Positions 56,832-64,000 of a DNA stretch of 64,000 nucleotides are shown in pieces. The notes below the pieces were generated by a model. That model ran no database searches. It was not told the origin of the DNA and was given only the letters and a program-made list of their open reading frames with translations. The translations under genes and the position numbers were made by a program. The stretch's first letter is position 1. Every line of letters starts with the position of its first letter. Source of the stretch: Candidatus Poribacteria bacterium (GTDB lineage Bacteria; Poribacteria; WGA-4E; UBA9662); NCBI GenBank assembly GCA_036339735.1, contig JAYZAL010000006.1, positions 1-64,000 of the forward strand, in the 5' to 3' direction.

Positions 56832-57746
56832 TCATTCCAAAGCTTGGAGTTTGCGGAAAAAGTCCCGAAATATAGGATCCCTATGAACATGAGTCACCAC
56901 ACGAAGAAAATGTCGTCGGCGATCAACACTAAATGTGACTTGATCAGTCAAGATTGGGCTGTGTACAAGTTCTGTTTCTAACCAAGAGGGATCAATTAAG
57001 TAAGCCACTGCAGACATGTCCCAAATCACTTTTGACCAAGCAAAGTGATCATTGGAATAGGCTTTGAAAATTTCGGTCAGATAGTCTCCAATTTCTCCCT
57101 TTCCCTTCACGTAGTATTCAATTTCAGCCACTGTGGTTTGTAGGTGTGATGCTACACCTTGACAGGGGATTTGAATCAGTGGGACCCCACAATCAAAAAT
57201 TAATTGCGACGACGATAGGTCTTGCGCCAAGTTGAACTCACGACTGTGCCGATGATGGTGTGGTTGCCCACCAAGCCAAACCACTACAATCTTTTCCATG
57301 ATCTTTGGTTCCAACAAGATTGCCGAAGCTATATTACTAACTGCACCAATTGCTACCACGTACAAAATATCATCTGACTCTAAAGCTAAGCTAATTAAAT
57401 GTTCTGTTACTGGACTTGCCTCGGGTTTTTCCCAGTCAGATAAGAATTTGGTTGAGCCTTTAAAAACAAGGCCTTCAGGGGCAATATTAAGCCTTGATAA
57501 GAGGCGTAATATTTCTTGGTGACTCTTCTCCATTCCGTCCCCAGCATCATGTGAATTGCTGTTATGGAACGGAGCCGCATAGATCCCCGCAACATCAAAA
57601 CTGTCTGGGGACATAAGCGCTTGCACAACCGCAAACTGATCATCAATTTCGTTGTAAGTGTCGGTGTCGAGTACCATTTGGACTTTGCCCTTGGGAGGAG
57701 CTAGCCGCTCAAGTAAAGTGGGAACTGATAGCTGTGGGAAAATCAT
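56832..57746 (-). CDS. Nucleoside hydrolase (IUNH) family protein
   Basis: LDTDTYNEIDDQFA, AIGAVSN, WLGG, EFNL.QD, IWD. Confidence 0.85.
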   Translation of the reverse strand: MIFPQLSVPTLLERLAPPKGKVQMVLDTDTYNEIDDQFAVVQALMSPDSFDVAGIYAAPFHNSNSHDAGDGMEKSHQEILRLLSRLNIAPEGLVFKGSTKFLSDWEKPEASPVTEHLISLALESDDILYVVAIGAVSNIASAILLEPKIMEKIVVVWLGGQPHHHRHSREFNLAQDLSSSQLIFDCGVPLIQIPCQGVASHLQTTVAEIEYYVKGKGEIGDYLTEIFKAYSNDHFAWSKVIWDMSAVAYLIDPSWLETELVHSPILTDQVTFSVDRRRHFLRVVTHVHRDPIFRDFFRKLQALE

Positions 57747-57764
57747 ATTTGATCCTTTTGAAAA

Positions 57765-59018
57765 CTAGAAGGGAGATAAGTTGCCATTACTATCGAAGTC
57801 TAACGGTTCTGGTTCACTAAGAATCTCCAGAGATGACATTAGCTGTGCCGACTCCAATAGTGATTCTGAAATATGTATTTGGCTTAGTTTTAAAGTGCTT
57901 TCAATCCGTACAATCCTTGCATCTTCTGGTGGTCTTAACCCAATAGTATCGAGTGCCACAGTGATCGCTTCTCGGTCGGTATCAAAATGGAACGGAATTC
58001 GAGACTTTTGTGGTCCCAAAGACGTGATACAATTCATGTAGGTAGCTTCCTTATCAAACTTATCAACCAGACGCTTAGTGGTGAAATCTGCTAGACCGAT
58101 TCCCGTCGCATTCCCCGCACTTTCTCCTGTTAAGTCGCAGACTAGAATACGTAGATAAGAAGGCTTCTCCGGTTCGGGTTCAAAATTTTGCATATAACGA
58201 CCGATGACATTAGTATCCATACCAGTTCCACTAATATTTTTACCCATCCAATCAACAATCAGTAAATCAAGAGTGTCAAAAGGTAATTTAGCAGAGATCT
58301 CTTTAGAATGAGCCAATAGTTTTTGTTCAGTTGAAAGTATATCTGTGGCTGGAATGGCTTTTGCCAAGGCTGTTTCGCCATATGCATTTTCTACTAAAGC
58401 AAACCCAAAAGGTACCTTACCAGAATCAATCAATAAAGCGGCGGAGGTTCGAATCACATGCTCAAAACCGTAACTGAAAAAGGCACGATGATACATGTTA
58501 GCCCCTCGCTGTTTGCCAACACCAATAGCAAGCATTTTCATGATCCCACTTTCAATAGAGCCATTGAAATCGGTATGAGACTTAACTCGATTAACTGGTA
58601 CTACGTGGTCAGCATCCGCCGCATGCTGGTCTAAAAAAACAGGTAACCCATCAGCAGTTTCTCCCATTATTTTTGTATCCATCGTTGATTTGATTGGAAC
58701 ACCCATCGTTTGCTCGGAAATGCCATAATGGTGTAAAACTTCGGTTTGCCCTTCCGGTGTAGCCCCACCATGGCTCCCCATGGCCGGGAAAATAAATGGT
58801 CTGGCGCCAAGATCTTTCAGAAATTCAACTATAGCTTTGATTGTGGCTGCGATATTAGCTACCCCGCGACTGCCAGCTCCTACCGCTACGGTATCGCCAC
58901 TTTTAATTATTGATTCAACCCCAATACTTACGAGCTCTGACTGAACGGCTTCTCGAACATCGTCAAAAAAAGCCCGTGGAAAGAGTTGTTTTACGCGTAC
59001 CATTTTGGGTAGAGACAT
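57765..59018 (-). CDS. LarA-like (DUF2088/DUF362) protein
   Basis: GSRGVAN, PAMGSHGGATPEGQ, NRVKSHTDF, GKNISGTGMDTNVIGR, GNATGIGLAD. Confidence 0.75.
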   Translation of the reverse strand: MSLPKMVRVKQLFPRAFFDDVREAVQSELVSIGVESIIKSGDTVAVGAGSRGVANIAATIKAIVEFLKDLGARPFIFPAMGSHGGATPEGQTEVLHHYGISEQTMGVPIKSTMDTKIMGETADGLPVFLDQHAADADHVVPVNRVKSHTDFNGSIESGIMKMLAIGVGKQRGANMYHRAFFSYGFEHVIRTSAALLIDSGKVPFGFALVENAYGETALAKAIPATDILSTEQKLLAHSKEISAKLPFDTLDLLIVDWMGKNISGTGMDTNVIGRYMQNFEPEPEKPSYLRILVCDLTGESAGNATGIGLADFTTKRLVDKFDKEATYMNCITSLGPQKSRIPFHFDTDREAITVALDTIGLRPPEDARIVRIESTLKLSQIHISESLLESAQLMSSLEILSEPEPLDFDSNGNLSPF

Positions 59019-59112
59019 TCCTTCTCCTTTTACTCACAGTTCGTTTTTTCTGTCAATTTCGTTATCTTAGCAAATCGACATAATGATTGCAACATCCGTA
59101 TAACTCTACATC

Positions 59113-59141
59113 TTGCACCTATTGGGTTGCTGTGCTACAAT
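59113..59141 (+). promoter_or_regulatory. Sigma70-type promoter
   Basis: TTGCAC-17 nt-(TGC)TACAAT; a divergent TTGCAA-17-TAAGAT lies just upstream on the minus strand. Confidence 0.6.
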
Positions 59142-59219
59142 AGGGGGCCGTTTTTTTTGACACTGTAGTAGAAAGATACTAAGATTTAACCGTCATGACA
59201 AACATGCTTGGAGCAGTCG

Positions 59220-59990
59220 ATGAAACTGGGATTAGTTACGTACAACATGGCCAAAGATTGGGATATCCCCACTATTATCAATAACTGTACTGAAACAGGA
59301 TTTGAGGGAGTCGAACTAAGGACTACTCACGCACACAAAGTCGAGGTCAGCTTATCACAAACCGAACGGTCAGAAGTAGCCAAAATGTTTGCTGACTCGG
59401 CAGTGGAATTAGCCGGCTTGGGGTCAGCCTTTGACTACCACTCGTCTGACATTGATGTTGTGCGTCAGAATATCGAGGGTACGAAAGAATATACAAAGTT
59501 AGCTGCTGACGTGGGTGCACCTGGTGTCAAGGTCCGTCCCAATGGTTTCCCAGACGGAGTTTCAGAAGACGCGACGATAGAACAAATTGGTCTATCGCTA
59601 CGGGAATGCGGTGAGTTTGCAAGTGACTATGGCGTCGAAATTCGCCTGGAAGTGCACGGGAAAGGGACATCCGAGCTGCGCCACATTCGTAAAATGATGG
59701 AAATTGCTGACCACGACAATGTGCTCGTGTGCTGGAATTCAAACTTTGGAGAAGTAGAAAATAACTCAATTAAAAACCCGTTCAGCTTAGTTCAAAATAA
59801 GATTGGATTAGTTCACATTACTGAGTTGCATCGGACAGAATACCCTTGGCGGGAGCTCTTTTCAGAATTGAAGGCAATTGGATATAAAGGCTTCACCTTA
59901 GCCGAGATTGCCGGAAGTGATAACGATATCGACGCAGTCCGGATAATGAATTTCTATCGAGCCTTGTGGAACGAGTTAAACCGACCGTAG
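59220..59990 (+). CDS. Sugar phosphate isomerase/epimerase (xylose isomerase-like TIM barrel)
   Basis: GFEGVELR, IRLEVHG, VCWNS, VHI.E, GYKG...E; ATG 59220 after GGAG. Confidence 0.85.
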   Translation: MKLGLVTYNMAKDWDIPTIINNCTETGFEGVELRTTHAHKVEVSLSQTERSEVAKMFADSAVELAGLGSAFDYHSSDIDVVRQNIEGTKEYTKLAADVGAPGVKVRPNGFPDGVSEDATIEQIGLSLRECGEFASDYGVEIRLEVHGKGTSELRHIRKMMEIADHDNVLVCWNSNFGEVENNSIKNPFSLVQNKIGLVHITELHRTEYPWRELFSELKAIGYKGFTLAEIAGSDNDIDAVRIMNFYRALWNELNRP

Positions 59991-60030
59991 GCTAGTCCGG
60001 TTACCGAAAGAGGCTGGATCAGGAGTTGTT

Positions 60031-61017
60031 ATGTCAAATCTCACCTTTGAGCAAATCAGCCAGCCAATTACCCAAGACCTTCAAGCCATAGAACAAATTC
60101 TGCTTGATGAAACAGCTATCCAGTATGAGTTTGTGGACCAAGCGGTGCGCCACGTTGTGGAGGGTGGAGGGAAACGGCTACGACCAATTTTACTGGTATT
60201 ATCTTCTCAGTCCTGTGGATACGCTGGTACAGACGGTCACATTTTAGCAGCCTGTGTGGAACTGATTCACGTTGCGTCTCTGGTGCACGACGACGTCTTG
60301 GATGAAGCACCAATCCGTCGTGGGCGATCTACTTTACACTCTAAGTGGGGTAACAAAGTCGCCGTTTTAGTTGGAGATTATCTACATGCTCGCGTACTAA
60401 ATATGTTGGTTAGCCGAAAGTCTGATGATCCTGCCCTTGCTATACTATCGGATGCCGCTCAGGCTATGTGCGAAGGTGAAGTAATCCATGCTTATAAAAA
60501 CGGAGATTTCGAAATTTCTTCGTCTGACTACTTAGAAATTGTGGCCCTCAAAACGGGTCGTTTAATCTCAGCCTCCTGTCGAATGGGGGTTGCCATTGCG
60601 ACTGAGGACGCTGACCAAATTAGGGCAATATCTGATTATGGTGAATCGATTGGCGTTGCTTTTCAAATCATAGATGACCTGCTTGATTTTACTGCTGAAT
60701 CAGGTAAATTCGGAAAGCGGCCCTTCAACGATTTGAGAGAAGGTAAACTAACTTTCCCCATGATTTATGCCCGTCAACAATGTACACCAGAAGAGCGAGA
60801 GAAACTGGAAGTGATATTCAATACCGAGTTTGAAGAAGATCGAACGATGAATTGGATCAACCATCTCATCAGTCGCTACCGAGTAGAAGAATATTGTCTA
60901 AAAATTGCACAAGACCATGCGAATCGAGCTAAGTTAGCCTTGAAAGTTCTCCCACCAACACCAGCGCGCACTGCTTTGGAGCAGTTGGCCGATTACACTG
61001 TGTCCCGAGACTGGTAA
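60031..61017 (+). CDS. Long-chain polyprenyl diphosphate synthase (HepT/IspB family)
   Basis: GGKRLRP, SLVHDDVLD..RRG, AVLVGDY, KT, AFQIIDDLLD, DLREGKLT. Confidence 0.92.
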   Translation: MSNLTFEQISQPITQDLQAIEQILLDETAIQYEFVDQAVRHVVEGGGKRLRPILLVLSSQSCGYAGTDGHILAACVELIHVASLVHDDVLDEAPIRRGRSTLHSKWGNKVAVLVGDYLHARVLNMLVSRKSDDPALAILSDAAQAMCEGEVIHAYKNGDFEISSSDYLEIVALKTGRLISASCRMGVAIATEDADQIRAISDYGESIGVAFQIIDDLLDFTAESGKFGKRPFNDLREGKLTFPMIYARQQCTPEEREKLEVIFNTEFEEDRTMNWINHLISRYRVEEYCLKIAQDHANRAKLALKVLPPTPARTALEQLADYTVSRDW

Positions 61018-61022
61018 ACCCA

Positions 61023-62426
61023 ATGTTCTATCCGGCCCATCTAAACCTTGACCAGCAGCCTTGCCTAGTTATAGGTTCTGGCCCTTACGCAGAGAGACGT
61101 GTCATTTCTCTTTACCGTTGTGGAGCGACCGTCACTTGGGTCGGACCCGAAAGTACACCTATACTTGATATGCTAACTCAAAGCAATCAGATTAGAGGTC
61201 ATAATCGGCAAGTTGTTTTGGAAGATTTGGCAGAATCATACCTGTTAGTCTTCATAGAAACTGGGAATAAATTGATGAATTCAGAATTATTCCATAGATC
61301 TGGTCATATACCACTCATTAATGTCCATGATGTCGTAGAAGAATCGACTTTTGCATCTACTTCATTAGTTACTACCGATGAACTGACCGTCAGCGTTTCA
61401 ACCGGGGGATACAGCCCAGCTCTCTGTCGCTACATTCGTCAATATATTGAACTGATAACTGGCAAGGATACAATAAATCACCCCAGAGGAGCTGATATCA
61501 ACAGCCGCTTCACTTGGATGCAAGTAGGCAATGGTAAGTTTCCACTCTATCCAGTTGGGCTCATATTAGAGGGAAGAACATGTTTAATTAGCCAAAAAAT
61601 TGACAAAAGACGCGACTACCAGAAACGTTTTGATTTACTGAAAAAATGTGGAGCTATAATCACTAATCAGCCAACAAAAAACACTTTTCTCGCTTTTACA
61701 CATCAATCATATACGGCGTACTCTAAATTGTCCGAGGTTCTAGATCAATCCGATAGAAGTCGGTTTGTTACACCAAAACTAATCATGAACGGAGATCTAA
61801 TCATTGGGATCTCACCTGGCAGTCACATCTCAGAAAATCCCGATCGCATACAAAAAATCTATGATCATCTCCGAGAACAATTCACCAAAAATTCTTATGG
61901 AAAGCTCTTAGGACTACTCGGCTCTCTGCGTCCCACTGTCAGTAAAAACCTTCCACTAGCTGAGCAACGACAACAGTTCTATAGCTCTTTAATTCTGCGT
62001 TCTTCATGGGAAAAAAATCCGACTCAAGACAATCCTAAACTTATAAGAGACCAAATCACTTTAGACCAAGATTGTTGCCTTGCTTTTGGTAACCCAGACT
62101 GTCAAATAGACTGTCTGCTTAACGCTATCCGATTGCAACACTATGATTCAGCTCAACTCAAAAAAGAGATTAGTAATCAAGTGAGTATAAGTAACATCAA
62201 AAATCTTGACCATCACATGTTAATAAATACCAATCTTACTCACTTGAGTTGTCAACCCGACTGCTTAACTGATAACTTTGCGCTTCAGGAATCTAGTTTG
62301 ACTGAATCTCAAACAAATGCTGTCGCACAGCAAAAATACTGCGCATCAGATCTTGACCATCATATGTTGATCAATTCGAACTCTACAAGACTACTGTATG
62401 ATGAAGAAACATCTAGTACAATATAA
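61023..62426 (+). CDS. Precorrin-2 dehydrogenase/ferrochelatase (SirC/CysG-N/Met8)-like protein, internally duplicated
   Basis: FYPAHLNL..QPCLVIGSG..AERRV, INVHD, VSVSTGGYSPAL; second degenerate copy from LYPVGLILEGRTCLI; upstream of hemA. Confidence 0.75.
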   Translation: MFYPAHLNLDQQPCLVIGSGPYAERRVISLYRCGATVTWVGPESTPILDMLTQSNQIRGHNRQVVLEDLAESYLLVFIETGNKLMNSELFHRSGHIPLINVHDVVEESTFASTSLVTTDELTVSVSTGGYSPALCRYIRQYIELITGKDTINHPRGADINSRFTWMQVGNGKFPLYPVGLILEGRTCLISQKIDKRRDYQKRFDLLKKCGAIITNQPTKNTFLAFTHQSYTAYSKLSEVLDQSDRSRFVTPKLIMNGDLIIGISPGSHISENPDRIQKIYDHLREQFTKNSYGKLLGLLGSLRPTVSKNLPLAEQRQQFYSSLILRSSWEKNPTQDNPKLIRDQITLDQDCCLAFGNPDCQIDCLLNAIRLQHYDSAQLKKEISNQVSISNIKNLDHHMLINTNLTHLSCQPDCLTDNFALQESSLTESQTNAVAQQKYCASDLDHHMLINSNSTRLLYDEETSSTI

Positions 62427-62586
62427 TCGTGAATAAACTTAAAATCCATTTAAAAAATTTTCTTTTGTTTGATTGTAAAAAACTATCTTCGGCTCGTTAG
62501 GACGTGCCGAAAATCGAATCGAAATAGGCCAGAACAACATCTGAACCGTGCATAACACAATACAAGAAAGATTGACGTAAATCCCT

Positions 62587-63990
62587 ATGAATAAAATTGC
62601 TGTTATTGGTAGTAATCACTTGGTAGCACCGCTGTCTTTTCGGGAACAACTAGCATTCCGGGAGCAGCTAACCCAAGCCAATCAAATTACAATTGATAAA
62701 AATGTACCTATATCCTCTGGAATTGGTAAGGCTATTGAAGCAGACTTGAAAAGGCTTGGTATCAAGGGAAAAACTTATGATCAACTTCAATCCATGACAT
62801 CAAAGTACCAAATACACGGTACTGTAACTTTATCTACTTGTAACAGAGTTGAAATTTATGCTTCTTTACCTTCTGACCAGTCGGCTGGTCAACTGTCAGA
62901 TTTTTTGGAAGATGTATTTCAACTAAATCAATCCGATATTAACAAATATACTTATCTATACGAAGGTCTGCCTGCAATCCTACACTTATTTAGGGTGAGT
63001 GCAAGCTTGGATTCGATGATTTTAGGTGAGCCGCAGATACTAGGACAAATCAAATCTGCCTATGAAAAATCCCTGACAAGCAATACTACTGACCTATTAC
63101 TAAATCGTTTGTTTGCCAAAGCTATCAGCTTTGGCAAACAAGTTCGTACCGAGACAAACGTAGCTTCTGGAGTTTTATCTATCAGTTATGCAGCAGTCGA
63201 GTTAGCGAAACAAAAATTAGGTAGTTTGGCCAATAAAACAGTTGTAATCATAGGTGCAGGAAAAATGAGCGAATTAACGGTGAAGCACTTGGTAGAAAAT
63301 GGTGTATCCCGTGTGATTGTGGTCAATCGAAGTTGTGAGAGAGCTGAACGAGTAGCCGAAATGTTCAATGGAACGGCCATGGTTTATCAGCCTGATCTCA
63401 AATTTTTAACGCAGGCCGATATCGTGATTAGTTCAACTACAGCGCCTCACTACGTTGTACAACCTTGTGCGCTAGAACGAGTTATGGAAAGGCGACAAAA
63501 TCAACCTATGCTTTTGATTGATATCGCAGTCCCTCGTGATATTGACCCAGAAAGTGAGAAAATAGAACAAGTACACCTGTACAATATTGACGCCCTACAA
63601 GAAGTGGTTACTACTAATCGAGAAGATCGGCAGAAAGAAGCTAAATTAGCTGAGAATATTGCATCCGAAGAAGCCGTCAAATTCCACAAATATTTAAAGA
63701 CACTGGGTGTAACACCAACCATTAAGTTGCTTAATCAAAAATTTCAGCAAATTGCTGATCAGGAACTCGAACGAAGCATCAAGAAAGCGTTACTGGATAC
63801 TGAACAGGAAGCGGTTGTAACAACAATGCTCAAATCATTGATTAAAAAGCTGCTAGATTCACCAACTAGACATCTTCGCCAAACAGCTATGTCCAATGAT
63901 TCTATACAGCAAGTTGATCTTTTACGCGAGCTTTTTCGATTGGATGATAACCCCGATTCAAACTTAAATACGACCATTAGAGAAGAATGA
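62587..63990 (+). CDS. hemA: Glutamyl-tRNA reductase
   Basis: LSTCNRVEIY, HLFRVSASLDSMILGEPQILGQ, IGAGKM, NRS, DIAVPRDID. Confidence 0.95.
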   Translation: MNKIAVIGSNHLVAPLSFREQLAFREQLTQANQITIDKNVPISSGIGKAIEADLKRLGIKGKTYDQLQSMTSKYQIHGTVTLSTCNRVEIYASLPSDQSAGQLSDFLEDVFQLNQSDINKYTYLYEGLPAILHLFRVSASLDSMILGEPQILGQIKSAYEKSLTSNTTDLLLNRLFAKAISFGKQVRTETNVASGVLSISYAAVELAKQKLGSLANKTVVIIGAGKMSELTVKHLVENGVSRVIVVNRSCERAERVAEMFNGTAMVYQPDLKFLTQADIVISSTTAPHYVVQPCALERVMERRQNQPMLLIDIAVPRDIDPESEKIEQVHLYNIDALQEVVTTNREDRQKEAKLAENIASEEAVKFHKYLKTLGVTPTIKLLNQKFQQIADQELERSIKKALLDTEQEAVVTTMLKSLIKKLLDSPTRHLRQTAMSNDSIQQVDLLRELFRLDDNPDSNLNTTIREE

Positions 63991-64000
63991 AATAATTTCT

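Overview
Gene-dense, low-to-moderate GC bacterial chromosome segment. No tRNA, rRNA, CRISPR array or intact mobile element was recognised. Several secreted proteins end in a shared motif, (A/N)V-xxxx-K-xxxx-W-xxx-K. Together with two PhyH dioxygenases and Planctomycete-type DUF1549/DUF1553/DUF1501 and PQQ-propeller genes, this points to Candidatus Poribacteria (inference). Housekeeping genes: dapC-dapE-(dapD), selA, nadA, hemY, rsmB, an 11-subunit nuo operon (A,B,C,D,H,I,J,K,L,M,N), a polyprenyl synthase, a sirC/cysG-like gene and hemA. Most notable: (1) a four-gene operon with its own sigma70 promoter encoding two beta/gamma-crystallin fusion proteins, a flotillin with nine 22-aa repeats, and a Zn-finger/discoidin protein; (2) a cytochrome-oxidase-subunit-IV/cupredoxin fusion inserted between nuoH and nuoI of a complex I operon lacking nuoEFG; (3) a full-length EF-Tu paralogue that has lost all GTPase motifs; (4) a circularly permuted sugar-binding protein; (5) the putative C-terminal sorting signal, with a PorV-like beta-barrel, a pseudogene remnant bearing the signal and a duplicated promoter. 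All family assignments come from motif recognition by eye; no database search was run.
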